DNA of 42,763 nucleotides from Lama guanicoe (GCA_013239625.1 MU053597.1:63664-106426); one strand, 5' to 3'. Shown: positions 25,946 through 39,320, numbered from the stretch's first letter. Notes: generated by a model from the letters alone, not told the origin. Made by a program: numbers and translations.

Positions 25946-27646
25946 AGTGAAAGATCTCAGCAATGTGATGGCTAAGGGTGTAAGCTGCCTGAAAGCAGAA
26001 GCACTATTTCACTCAGCACTATGCATCTCGTGCCCATTTCAGAGCAAAACAAATAGGAGATATTTATGCAGTCTGTTGAATTAACAAGCAAAATAATAGA
26101 AAGGTGAATAAGTTTTTCACCAGGGATACAAATGAATTATGTATAATCAAAGAGAAAATGAGAAATAATTCAGTATGTAGATCTGAGAAATGTTCTATAA
26201 AATGTTACGTATTTGAGCTGAGTTTTAAAGTACTAGCATAGAGAAACTGTCCAGACTAAAATGTACCTACTGAGAAATAAATCATTAGTGAGAACTTAGA
26301 GTCAACATACTATTTATAAATCTAGTAAAAGCTAGTAAATCAATAATTAAAACAAACCATGAAATTTCCTATCCAAGGAAAAAAATTTTAAGAAAGTATC
26401 ATACCTGGCTTATATTTAACTTACAGTATTTCCAGAGTTGCAACATGCATGAAGTCTGCTCAGTTACTATTCGAGAACATATTATGAATGCTCAGGTTCA
26501 TAAATTTTGACAATATGTGAGAAAAGGCAATACTGAAGTAAAAGAAAAGCTGAAATCTTGCATTTCAAAGAAATCTTCAAAAAACATAAAACATGATGGG
26601 ACTGCTCTCTGGAAAAGTCTTCCCAAACATGAAGTTTTACTTAACTGCATTTAAAGAGATAGAGTCCTGAAATACTGAGAAGACCACCTTAAAAAGCTTC
26701 TTGTATAGCAAAGCAGCATTATTTTACTTTTCCACAGAGGCAAACTTTCCAACGATTCATGATTTTTCCGCTAAAATTTATGAAGCATCCAGCAAGGCTT
26801 TGAGTTTATTATTAAATAAAAATGTGAAATTGAAACATCAGGTCTAAAAATCTTAAGCTTTTGGGCTCATCTTTCAGTGTCTGGATTACTCCAGTACCAC
26901 ATTCCTATCCTTCAGTCTGGACTTGCAAATTTCCATTAACACTGAAATGTAAAAAAAAAAAAAGAAAGAAAGAAAAAAAGAAAAGAAAAGAAAAGACATT
27001 ATTGAGAGTTTCTAGACACTAAGTCTACTCAGTAATTTTTGCCCAAGAAACCCTAATAATAATACCTACATCCTTTTTTTCAAATGAAGTATTTGAGAAG
27101 TTTACAAGCTCCAACACAGATATTTATCAAATGCTCCTTCTTTTCTCTGAGCTCTATCTGCTATAATCTTAGTTGCAAACCACTGCTACCTAGGTTTGGA
27201 GAGCTGTCTGACTCTCACTGTCAGATTGCAGCTGTGATTCAGTCAATTCCTTTTCAACATGCTGACTAGCAGAGATCTTTCTGAACACACACCAAATCAT
27301 CTTAGTCTCTCACTAGAACCCATCAACGGTTTGCCAGGGGCCTTGGAATAAATTTCACAGTAGTCAACATGGTGTGGTAGGTGACCCTAGAATGTCTAGC
27401 GCTGTCTTTAACTCCTTCACTCACCGTACCACCTTTCATTTGATATAATCCCATTACTTGCTCTGATTACTTTCTTTTTTTGCCTGTTCACCTCACTGAC
27501 AATGCAACCTTGCTGAACAGAATTTGTGTATCTTATTCTGGAATATAATTAAATACTTAGTATTTATCGTTGTATACATAGATGAAGGAATTAACTGATT
27601 CGAAAGAAAAATTTGTCACTTTGTTTTCATCAATGATTTTATGTAA

Positions 27647-28120
27647 TGGAGGGAGCAGAATACGCCCCACCCCCAAAAGTGCCACTTTGGCATGTACAAT
27701 ATTTTGAGCTGAAGGCAATCAAGACCCAGCAGTCTCAGAAAAGCTTTTTACCTCCCTCTTAACTGCCTAAAAGAACTTCAAAAGGGGCCCTGTACCGCGA
27801 AGAGAGCTACTACCAGGGGTAACTTCTTTATCGGAGAGATACGTGCATGGCAGGGCAAACATCTGTTTACCAAACATCTGCTTCCCTGATGGTCCTATGA
27901 ACTGACCCCTCTTCTTTGAAGTCCAAGACCTCTACCCTTTTCCTTAGCTGAGAATGATATATAAGCATCAATCACCCAACTACCTTTGAGTCTCCTATTT
28001 GTATGGGACTCCTTGCATAAGAAGTTAAATTTGCTTTCTCCTGTTAATCTGTTCTGTGGCAAATTAATTATTAGACCAGCCAAAAAAAATGGAAAGGCAA
28101 GTTCTTTTCCATTTCCTACA
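27647..28120 (+). mobile_element. ERV1 solo LTR (MER34-like)
   Basis: TG...CA; 5' AGAATACGCCCCACCCCCAAAAGTGCCACTTTGGCAT...ATTTTGAGCTGAAGGCAAT is MER34-like; 4-bp flanks GTAA/ATAA. Confidence 0.8.
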
Positions 28121-28422
28121 ATAACTTCTACAGAATGAGATGACACATACAAAAAAAGTAGACGGTGGAAGGTAAAACCTTTTTCACATCCATACAAAGA
28201 GCACAATCACACAATTCTGATTAAATTGGAATTACTCTAGTGGCAAATTAATTATTAGACCAGCCAAAAAAAATGGAAAGGCAAGTTCTTTTCCATTTCC
28301 TACAATAACTTCTACAGAATGAGATGACACATACAAAAAAAGTAGACGGTGGAAGGTAAAACCTTTTTCATGTCCATACAAAGAGCACAATCACACAATT
28401 CTGATTAAATTGGAATTACTCT
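28056..28422. repeat. Tandem duplication, 2 x 183 bp (period 184)
   Basis: Copies 28056-28238 and 28240-28422 appear identical except CA vs TG at one dinucleotide. Confidence 0.97.
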
Positions 28423-28594
28423 TTCAGATGTCAAGAATGCCATTTGCTTTTATACTTGAGCATCCATAAATGAAACACAGAAATCGTAATTTTGAAGGTT
28501 TACATCGGCCATTGTAAAAGTGTAATAAACACACAATGAAAAAATTATCCAAGGTGATACCCTGGCTCTACTTTTTTTTCCCCTCATATTTTTT

Positions 28595-28755
28595 TTTCAT
28601 TTTTATATATTGAGGCTAACTTACATGCAATAAAATATGGAGATTTCAAGGATACAGATCAATAAGTTTTGACAAATAATGATATCTTTATAATTAAAAT
28701 ATAGAACACCACCACCACCCCAAGAAATTCCCTTGTACCCCTTCTTGTCAGTGGC
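28595..28755 (-). mobile_element. Old L1 3' end, antisense
   Basis: TATTGAGGCTAACTTACATGCAATAAAAT...TTTTGACAAAT...ATATAGAACA...CCCCAAGAAATTCCCTTGTACCCC. Confidence 0.7.
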
Positions 28756-30028
28756 CCCTCTGGAGTTGGGAAGATGAAATGAGTTAATCTACATTAAGCA
28801 CAAAGGAAGCAGTATATTGGTCAGCAGTTTTTATCTTGCTACAAAATGTACCTCTGATAACACTGGCTGTGTCTAAGGACTCAATGCCACTTGCAACCAC
28901 CTTGGCCCACTGAGACCTTTCCACCTGGAGAGTCTCTCACCACTCTATCAGAAGCCTATGACCCAGTACAAATGTCACTTCTTCCATAGATTGCCCACTT
29001 ACCCCACCCACAAAATGGTTTCCCTTACACTCTCGGAGAACTTTCTTTGTGCTTCTTTGGAATGTCATTCCACTTGACTTCCTTCATTGTCTTTTCACTT
29101 GTCCCTGGTCGTAGGATCTGAGGCCCAGGGACCTATACCCAGCTCAGTGCCCAGAGGGGCTGACCTGTGAAGCAGGGGCTTGCTCATTCTGCTCCAGTTT
29201 TGCCATGCCATGGACCCGGCACTGCTTTCCAGACTGCTTTGAAGGCCGCCCAGGCTCTGCTCTCCACAGAACCCTCCTGAAGAAGGACCCCTGGCTCCAG
29301 CAAGTTTCTGTCCACATTTCCCCTCTCTCTTGTTTGGCTTTACACTGAGAAGCTGACCGCTATCTGTTGCAATCAATATAGAACCACGGCTTCATTCCTT
29401 GACTCTTCTGTGAGAAAGGTTAAACAAATATGCAGTCATATACACAGTTTTGCCAAGGGTCTGCTGAGTCATTTTTCCTGTCCAGACACACGAAAAGCTC
29501 AGCAGTTAAGTTGTCATCTCTTTGTAAGTGACAAAAAACTTATTTCAGGAGCAAAAATTCTTCAGAAAGGTCACATTTATTTTTTTCTTCTACAAGTCTT
29601 TGTCTATATATAGAATATAGAATACAGTTAATTACCTTGAAGAGTGAGAAGCAAAAGGAAGACCCTCCTTTCCATCAGGGGGGTCAGAATAACTAAAGAG
29701 GATTTCTTTAATTGCACACATGCCTTCAGTCTTTGATGTGACCCTCCCAACATCTCCTTCCTGGCATCCTCATGGGCCCCCAGTGAAAAGCAAACAGTCA
29801 CTGGAGCCATCATTTGCCTTTGGGTATTAAAGTGGAAGGTGGTCAAGAGCCAATAAGTAAATAATTCAATCCCAAAGAGACCCCACTGCCAGAAGTGTCG
29901 GGATACTGAAGCCAATTTAGCTCCTTGAATTAAACCTGTTTATCAATTAAATGCATGACACAGAAACAACCAATACTTAGTTGTGTGCATGTCTACACAC
30001 AATCCCCCAAAGTTTCTGGAAATGAGTC

Positions 30029-30179
30029 AATATGGTGAGATTGGAAAAAAAAAAAGAAAAAAATTGTAAAATGATTATAAATCAATAAAAAATGTTTAAA
30101 AAAAGTGCAAAAAAAAAAAAGAAAGTCCTAGATTAAGAGAGAATAAATTAAAAATGAAAAAAAAAATACAGTGAGATTG
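30029..30179 (+). mobile_element. Tiny TSD-flanked L1-mediated insertion (L1 3' tip plus extra segment and A tails)
   Basis: 15-bp direct repeats AATATGGTGAGATTG (30029-30043) and AATACAGTGAGATTG (30165-30179) flank an A-rich 121-nt insert with two AATAAA. Confidence 0.7.
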
Positions 30180-31109
30180 ATCTCTGAATACCACAATTCC
30201 ATTTCCAGCCCTGGCCAAACTCATAATTCACTCATTCTCCTGCTCATAAAACATACTATCTTAGCAATATTAAAATGGGTTTTCTGTACAGAGAGGAGTA
30301 AGATTTTATAATAAACTCAGAATTACCCCCAAACCACTCATCTTTTCTCACAGATGAAAAATCTTACAGAATCTTTTACTGATTTCTCAGAACAAAATTT
30401 TTTATTGTTATACAGATCGGTATCCTCCACTCCCAATTTACTTTTCGGGGAAAAATTGTGTTCATTGTATCTCTGTTGATAATCTCAAGCCAATTTGGTG
30501 AAAAATCATAAGACAATGCTACCTTCTATTCTCAGTGGTCTACTCTCAAGTAATTTCCCTGACTTGGATTTCAAGTCAACAGGAATTATGGAGTGCCTGC
30601 TATGTCCCAGACACTGGGCCAGTAGGAGGGCTGCAAAGACATCGGACTAAAACACAACTTCTTTAACACAGGGGCCTCTGAAGAAATTACAGGTGTCCTG
30701 TAAACAATTCTCACACTGCATTCAGTGCTCTGCAGATCCCGATAAGGAAGGAATTAATTCTGCCTAAAGAAGATATTAAAAAAGGTACCATAGCAGTGGG
30801 TGATGAGAAAAGCTGTGAAAAATTACCTGTGAAAAAAATGAAACTAAAAATAGCACATTCTACTTAATGTAAAGAATTAAGAGCAGGAAGGGAAATTATG
30901 CTACTATAAGTGGAAATATAAATCATGGTTTTCGTATCTCCTTTGACATCCATCACTATGTTTATGAATGAAATTCACTCATCAGTGCAAAACTTGATAA
31001 ACTGAAAGCCCCATTTCCTTAACCAATGTGAAAAAAAACTACCATCGGTGTCTGAGACCCCCTTGCCCCAGAAAAACCACCATTAAATGGCTAATTTTAT
31101 TTTCAACAG

Positions 31110-32450
31110 ACTTTTAATTACAAATCCCATTTCTTAATGATTATACAACTACTCAGATTACCTATTTCATCTTGGTTGAGCTTTAGTAGTTGTGGTGTTT
31201 GAAGAATTGGTTTCTTTAAGTTACTAAACTTATAAGGATAAACTTGTTCGTAGTATTATTTTGTTATTCTTTAAAGACTGCAGAATCTGTAGTGACATAT
31301 ATTTCATTTCTGACAGTGATGATTTGTGTTTCTTTTATTTTTATTAATCTTACTAGAGGAATATTAATTTTATTGAGTTTTTTCAAAGAACCAACTTTTG
31401 ATATACTGATTTTCTTTCTTATTTTCAATTTCAGAGTGAATGTATTGTTTCCTTCCTTCTACTTGCTTCTTCTGCTTCTTCTTAAGTTTCTGGAAGTAGA
31501 AATTTAAGATTAATATTTTGAGACCTTTCCTCACTTGTAATGTAAACATGTATTGCTATAAATTTCCCTCTCGGTACTTCTTTAGCATTCTACACAGGTT
31601 TGATAGGCTGTATTTTCATTTTCATTTTCATTCACTGTTTACGTCTATACTTTAAAATCTTTTTTCTTTTAGACTTACTCTTTGATCATGTGTTGCTGCA
31701 TTTCCAAGTAGTTAGAGATTTTCCTATTGCCGGTTATTGATCTCTAATTTGATTTCACTGAGGTCAGAGGACACACTCGATTTCAATATTAAAAATTCAT
31801 TGATGTTTCTATTTTATGGCCCAGGATATGGCCAGTCTTGGCAAACAGTCCACGAGCACTTGAACAAAGTATGTACTATATTATTGTGTGTGGAGTGTTT
31901 TACATATGTGTGTGTACAATGAGATTCTATTGGTTCATTCAATTGTCCACATATGCTGTATCCTTGTTGATTTTCCAATAGTTCCATCACTTGCTGAAAG
32001 AGGAGTGTTGCAGTCCCCAGCCATAATTGTAGATATCCCTATTTCTCCTTTCAGCGCTACGATTTTCCTTTCATATTTTTCAGGCTCTGTTGTTTTTCAC
32101 GGACATGATTAGGTTAGTTGTGTCTTTCTGGTAGATTGATCCTTTTATCAATATGCAATATCCCTCTTCAGTTTTAGTCATTTTCTTTGTTCTAAACTCT
32201 ACATTACTGGATAGTCATATAGCTATCCCTACTTTTTTGTTATTAATGTTTGTATGGTGTAGCTTCTTTATCCTTTTACTTTCAACCCTATCTATGTCAG
32301 TGAATTTAAAGTGAGCTTCTTTAAAAAGAATACAGTTGAGTTACCTGTTTTTTAAAATATACTCTGCCCATCTCTATCATTTAACTGATGCATTTAGACC
32401 ATTTATACCAAGGTAATTATTCATATATTAGGGGTTATGGTTACCATATA
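31110..32450 (-). mobile_element. Old L1 ORF2 5' region relic, antisense
   Basis: TTTTTCAAAGAACCAACTTTTG, GCTATAAATTTCCCTCT and CATTTAGACCATTTATA are typical antisense L1 motifs. Confidence 0.8.
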
Positions 32451-32469
32451 ATTTGAGATTTGGCCACCT

Positions 32470-32812
32470 TGCTGCATGTATCTGTTGTTTGTTCTCTATT
32501 ACTACTGAGTTGTGTCCTACTGTACCAGAATTTGTTTATTCACTCACCACCTGAAGGACATATGAGCTGTTTTCAGATTTAGGAGATTATGAACAAAGCC
32601 ATTGTAACATATGAATAAAGGTTTTTATGTAAACATAGACTATCATTTTACATGGGTAAATACCTACTAGTGAAATTGCAGGGTTGTATGACAACTATAT
32701 GTTTAACTTCATGAGAAACTCATCAAGTGGTTTTCAAAGCAGCCATATGAGTTTTCATTTGACAAACACCATATGAGAGTTGTAGCTGATCCACACTGTT
32801 ACCACCACTTGG
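32470..32812 (-). mobile_element. Old L1 ORF2 end/3' UTR relic, antisense
   Basis: TGGGTAAATACCTACTAGTGAAATTGCAGGGTTGTATG...ATATGAGAGTTGTAGCTGATCCACA. Confidence 0.75.
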
Positions 32813-33047
32813 TCACTGACCACCATGACCAGTAACTTGGATTCCCCGAAGTCCACAGGAGATGACCCCCATGGATTCCCACTGCAAAGGTTCTTCCGTA
32901 TCACTGACACTGACTTAGTGAATAGACTGAAACAGCTTGAATAATTACCTTTCTCTTGTTTGACACTAAGGTATATGAGCTTAGGAACTGTCTGCCTTGT
33001 TTAATGTTGTCTCCCCAATACCTGATATAATGACGGCACAGAGTATG

Positions 33048-33174
33048 TATTTTTTGTTTGCTTTTTGGGGGGTGTGTTATTTATTTATTTTTATTTAATG
33101 GAAGTACTGGGGATTGAACCCATGACCTCATGCATGCTAAGCATGCACTCTACTATTGAGGTATATCCTCCCCC
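33048..33174 (-). mobile_element. tRNA-derived SINE of camelid (Vic-1-like) type
   Basis: Minus strand GGGGAGGATATACCTCAATAGTAGAGTGCATGCTTAGCATGCATGAGGTCATGGGTTCAATCCCCAGTAC with a Pol III B box (GGTTCAATCC) and an AT-rich tail. Confidence 0.85.
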
Positions 33175-33754
33175 TTCAAGCTATCTTTTCAATGGAAATC
33201 ATCTCCTGAGCTGTTGATTTCACTATACCTCACATTTTCTAATATATTATAATTTCAAACAATCAATGAAGGACCTTCTTTTTTTCATCCTGCATCCTCA
33301 TGGAGGAACCAAGATGAACAGAGTCACTCAGTAAGAAGGCTCAATCCTTAAGTGCAAGTACGGAACTAAGAAGGACCAAATTGGGCAGATAAGGCCTGCT
33401 TCTATGCAGCTTCCCCACTCCTTGTCACACAGCATCTAACTGAACAAGCGTCTATCTGTCTGAACACCTCTCCATGTGTTCCCAGTTAGTGGCACATTCA
33501 AATCTTTTTGGGGGGATTTCGAATTTGATGATAATCCCCATCTGTCTGAATTAGGAACAAAAGTCACAATAGGACTCAGCAGGAGTACACACATTTCTGT
33601 CACAGACTGCAGCAAGGCTTCAGGCCAACTGGGGGAAAATCAATGCTAATATCTGTGACTGTGTGGTTGCTCTCCTTTTCCGAACACTTTGTGATGTTGC
33701 CGAGAAATAACTGTTTACCAGTTTTCTCATTTGGGGATGAAGAAACAGCAGCCC

Positions 33755-36700
33755 TAAATGGCAGTAAGTATATATCTATCAATAATTACTCTAAATATCA
33801 ATGGACTAAATGCTCCAAGCAAAAGATATAAGGTGGTTGATTGGATTAAAAAAAACTCCATCTATATGCTGCTTACAAGGGACTTACTTCAGAGTTAAAG
33901 ACACACACAGACTGAAAGTGAGGAGATGGAAAAAGATATTTCGTGCACATGGAAATGACAAAAAAGGATGGGGTAGCAATACTCGTATCAGAACAACAGA
34001 CTTTAAAATACACTCTATAACAAAACATAAAGAAGGGTATTATATAATGATAAAAGGATCAGTACAAAAAGAGGGTATTATACTCATTGACATATATGTA
34101 CTCAACACAGGAGCACCTAAATATATGAAGCAAATATTAACAGAAACCAAGGGAGAAGTTGGTAATAATACAATAATAGTGTGGAACTTTAACATCCCAT
34201 TTACATCAGTGGACAGACCATCCAGACAGAAAAATCAATAAGAAAAGAGCAGTTTCAAATGACCAGTAACCAGTTAGACTTAATATATATCTATAAAACA
34301 TTCCATCCAAAAACAGCATAATTCACATTCTTTTCAAGTGCACACGGAACAAGCTCCAGGACAGATTACATGCTAGGCCAGAAAAGAAGTCTCAGCAAAT
34401 TTATGAGGATACAAATTATATCAAGCATTTTTTTCAACCACAATGGTTTAAAACTAGAAATCAATTAAAGGAAGAGAAACAGGAGAAGCACAAACATGTG
34501 GAGACCAAACAAGCTACTAAAAAAGCCAATGGGCCAATAAAGAAATCAAAGAGAAAATCAGAAAATACCCCAAGACAAATGAAAATCTTTTGGATGCAGC
34601 AACAGCAGTTCTAAGAAGGAGGTTTATAGTGACAAAGGTCTTCTTCAAGAAAGAAACAAAAAAGTCTTAAAGAATTAGGAAAGTAGAACAAAAGCTCCAG
34701 GTCAGCAGGAGGAAGGAAGTTATAAAGATCAGAGAGAACATAACTAAAATAGAGCCCAAAAAACAAGAGAAAAGATTCATGAAACCAAGAGCTGTTCTTT
34801 GAAAAGATAAACAAAATTGATAAACCTTTAGCCAGGCTCACTAAGAAGAAAAGAGGACCCAAATAAAAGAAGAAATCAAAGGTAGAAATAACAACCAATA
34901 CCACAGAAATAACAACCAATACCACCAATACAAAAGAAAATCATAAAAGAATACTACAAATAGTTATATGCAAAAAATAGGAAAACTCAGAGTAAATGAA
35001 CAAATTTCTAGAAACATACCAACTGCCAAGACAGAATTAGGAAGAAACAGATGATCTGAACAGACTGATCACCAGTGGTGAACTTGAATCTGTAGTAAAC
35101 TCCCGGCAAACATTACGTCCAGGAACAGACAGTTTCACAGGGGAACTGTACCAAGCATACAAAGAATAGCTAATACCTTTCCTCCTCAAATTATTCCAAA
35201 AAACTGAAGAAAAGGAAGACTCCCAAATTCATTTTGAAAAGCCACCATTACCCTAATACTGAAAGTAGACAAAGACACTACAGAAAAGAAAATTACAGGC
35301 CAATATCTTTGATCAATATAGATGCAAAAAAATGGTTGAGAAAATATTAGCAAACCGAGCCCAACTGTATGTATGTACACACACACACACACACACACAC
35401 AGAGATATATATACATATATGAAGGATCATACAGCAGGACCAAGTGGGATTGATTCTAGGGACTCAAGCATCATTCAATATTTGCAAATCAATCAATATG
35501 ATACACCACATTAACAAAAGGAAGAATAAAAATTATATGATCCTCTCAATAGATGCAGAAAAAGCATTTGGCAAAATTCAACATCCATTCAGGATAAATA
35601 CCCTCATCCGAGCTGTATACAGGCAACATATCTCAACATAATAAACCCATTTATAATAAACCCATAATTACTCACAGCTAACGTCATACTCAACAGTCAA
35701 AACTGGAAGTCTTTCCTCTAAAATCAGGAACAAGACAAGGATGCCTACTCTTGACACTTCTATTTAACATTAGCCATAGCAATTCAACAAGAACAAGAAA
35801 TAAAAAGCATTCAAATTTGAAGGGAAGAGGTAGAACTGTCAGTACCTGCAGATGGTATTATAGAGAAAATCCAAGTCTCCACCAAAAAGTTATTGGGACT
35901 AATAGGCAGATTCCATAAAGTTGTATGACACAAGATTAATATACAGAAATCTGATGCATTTCTATTCACTCATAATGAGCTATCAGAAACAGAAAGCAAA
36001 AACAATCTGTTTTAAAATCACATCATAAAGGATAAAATATCTGGGAATAAACTTAATTAATGAGGTAAAGACCTAGACTCTGAAAACTATAAGACATTAA
36101 TGAAGGAAACTGAAGATACTACAAACAAATGGAAAGATAGTCCATGAAGAATTGTTCATATTGCTAAAATGCCCATATTTCCCAAAGCAATCTACAGACT
36201 TATTGCAATCCCTATCAAAATACCCATGATATTTTTCACAGAACTAAAACAAATAATCCAAAAATTCATATGAAACCACAGAAGACCCTGGATTGCCAGA
36301 GTAATATTAAGAAAAGAGAACAAACCTGGAGGTATGACGCTCCCTGACTTCAGACTGTCCTGCAAAGCTACAGTAAACAAAACAGCATGGTACTTGCACA
36401 AAATCAGATCAATAAAAGAGCATAAATACACCCACCTTCCTATGGTCAATTAATCTTTAACAAAGGAGGAAGGAATATACAACCAACAGAAAATGTACGA
36501 GAGAAACACTCTTCCATAGTGGTGTTGGGAAAACCGTTCAGCTGCCTGTAAAAGAATGAAATTAGAACCTTTCCTGACACCATGTACAAAAATAACTCAA
36601 AATGGATTAAAGACTTAAATGTAAGACCTGAAACAATTAAACTCCTAGAAGAGAACATAGGCAGAACATTCTCTGACATAAATCATAGCAATATTTTTCG

Positions 36701-36903
36701 CATCTGTCTCCAAAGGCAAAGGAAATAAAAGCAAAAACAAATGAGACCTAATTAAATTTGAAAGCTTTTGCACAGCAAAGTAAACCATCAACAAAATGAA
36801 AAGATTCAGAATGGGAGAATATATTCACAAATGATAAGACCAAAAAGGGGTTAATATCCAAAATACACAAACAGTTCATACAACTCAATATCCAAAACAA
36901 AAC

Positions 36904-36935
<32 letters not shown>

Positions 36936-37888
36936 CAAAACATAAAAACTGGGCAGAAGATCTGGGTAGATGGCTTTTCAAAGAAGACATACAGATAACC
37001 AACAGGCATATGAATACGTGCTTAACACCACTAATTATTAGAGAAATGCAAATCAAAACCATAATGAGATCACCTCACACCATTTAGCATTACTTTTATC
37101 AAAAATGAAAACAAAACAAGCAAAACTCATGTTGGCAAGGATGAGAAAAGAGAACCCGTGTGCACTGTTGGTGCAAACGTAAATTGGTGCAGCCACTATG
37201 GAAAACAGTATGGAAGATCCCCCCAAAATTAAAAGTAAAACTTCCATATGATCCAGCAATTTCACTTCTGGGTATTTATCCAAAAGAAGGGAAATTGCTA
37301 TCTGGAAGAGATACCTGCACCCGTCTGTTCACTGCAGCAGTATTCATAATGACCAACACATGAAAACAACCTAAGTCTCCATTAAATATCTGAGATATAT
37401 ACATATATATTTATGCGTGTGTGTGAGTATATATACAGATACATAATGGACTATTACTCAGCCATAAAAAGGATGAAACTCTGACATGTGCAACAAAGTG
37501 GATGAACCTAGAGGGGTATTGTGCTTAGTCAAATAAGGCAGAGAAAGACAAATACTTTATGTTACCACTTATATGTGGAATCTAAAAAAAAGTAACAGAA
37601 ACAAATCTATGTAACAAAGCAGAAACAGACCCACAGATAAAGAGAACAAACTAGTGGTTACCAGAAGGGAGAAGGAAGTGGGATGTGGCAAGATCACTGT
37701 ATGGGATTAAGAGATACAAACTACTACATATACAATAAATAAGCTACAAGGATAAGGAAAGAGAGTCATCATTTTATAATCACTTAAAATGGAATATAAT
37801 CTATAAAAGTATACAATCACAATGCTGTGCACCTAAAACAAATGCGACATTGGAAATCAACTGCACCTCACTATTAAAAAAAAGAAAA
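33755..37888 (+). mobile_element. 5'-truncated L1: degenerate ORF2 (EN, RT, C-terminal) plus 3' UTR and A tail
   Basis: ATG at 33758; SICCLQGTYFR (EN), [17 protein letters not shown] (RT), [16 protein letters not shown] (C-terminal); A tail at 37876-37888; frameshifted. Confidence 0.96.
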
Positions 37889-38039
37889 GTTCTGCAGCCA
37901 AGGCAGAAATACTATGTACCAGTTGTCTCATCTGGGAAATGCTTCACAAGAGAAATGGGATTAGCCACAAGACTGGGGACAGGTCCTGGCTCCATCCTGT
38001 ACTAGCAGAAGGGAGTCAACACTGTTAAGACCCCATTGG

Positions 38040-38230
38040 GGACAGGCACTTCATGGGTATTATTTAATTTCAAATTCAAAACAACGCTGAAGGTTAACTA
38101 TTGTATTCCAAACTTGTAGATGAAGAAATTAAAGCTGAGGTAGACAAAGAAACTACAGAATTATACTGCTAATGAGCACTTAAGCAGGGATTTGGACTTG
38201 GGTCTACTTGGATTCAAAGTCCATGTTGTC
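38040..38230. mobile_element. MIR SINE relic
   Basis: TTGTAGATGAAGAAATTAAAGCTGAG...GCAGGGATTTGGACTTGGGTCTACTTGGATTCAAAGTCCATG. Confidence 0.7.
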
Positions 38231-38749
38231 ATTCTCGTGGCAAACAGCCTGCCCTCACAGAGGGTGGCCTTGGGTGAGTTACTCAAAAACTTTACACTAA
38301 CAAGTATGGAAAGAGGGCAGGTTTGGTCACTTAACTCTGAAATCTGAATCTACCGTCTAAGAACACGGTGAGCATCAGATGAGGCAGGAAAACTACTTTT
38401 TAAAGTGTACGTCTGTCCTCCCTTGTAAAGTATTTTTATTATAATGATATCACCTTTGTCACAAAATTTATCAACATCACTTTCCCATGAGGTACCCATG
38501 GCATACTTCTGGACAAACTCTATGCCATTAGCAAAGAAGGCCAGCACAGTTTCCTGGTTTTCAGGTTATGATTTGCAAAGGATCTTTTGTCTATGCCATG
38601 CCCCTGGTTACATCTATGTGACCAGCCTGCTGCCACTTAATTGCATGTGCTGGAAGCCACAGCTAATTCAGGACAGGCTGAACCATTTTAAATCAATCTC
38701 AGAGTGGAAGAGCATCAAGGGGTATTCCAAACAGTGCCACATTAGAGAA

Positions 38750-39011
38750 AACAGTTAAAGGAAAAGAAAGCAGAATAAAATAGGTGTGTAACGAATGCCT
38801 ACCTTATGCAAAGACTGGACTCAGACATGACTTAATATCCTTAAAGGTCAGAGCCTTCACAATAGGCTCTCTTGTTTCCCAGAGGAACTAAAGGCAATAT
38901 TGTTTTACAAAAGGTGCAGAGCTAGCAAGACTAAGCCTAGAAAATGGGACACAGGGTTAGAGCCAGAACAACAGATAAAATATGGAGTCAAATTTGTTCT
39001 TTTCTATTACA
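38750..39011 (-). mobile_element. Partial ERV LTR, antisense
   Basis: The minus strand begins TGTAATAGAAAAGAACAAATTTGACTCCATATTTT, an LTR-like 5' end; the other end was not resolved. Confidence 0.5.
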
Positions 39012-39024
39012 CTATCATCATTTT

Positions 39025-39320
39025 ATGTTTTAAGTTTATAATAATACACTTTACCCATCTCCCATTTTAAATTCTGCAATCCAGGAGCATTAAGTGCATT
39101 CACAATGCTGTGAGACCAACACCACTGGTTTGAACCTACTTCCTTCCATGAACTAAAAGCTTGTATCCAAAGCACACCACACGTCCTCCCTCCCCCGTAA
39201 CAAGCCCTAATCCTGTTTCTCTGTCAGGGTTTTTACCTATACCGGGGATGCCCTATCAATGAAATCATATACAAGTTGGCTTTGTGCGCCTGTCCACAAG
39301 GTTTAAGTGCGGGCTGGTGA
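39025..39320 (-). mobile_element. L1MB-like 3' end, antisense, GC-shifted
   Basis: GCATTAAGTGCATTCACAATGCTGTGAGACCAACACCACT...ATCAATGAAATCATATACA. Confidence 0.65.

Noticed and set aside
33095..33174. tRNA gene
   Set aside because: Degenerate A box and an AT-rich tail mark it as a tRNA-derived SINE.
33810..34241. 143-aa ORF as a domesticated endonuclease gene
   Set aside because: A fragment of a frameshifted L1 ORF2 with degraded catalytic motifs (e.g. LQGT instead of LQET).
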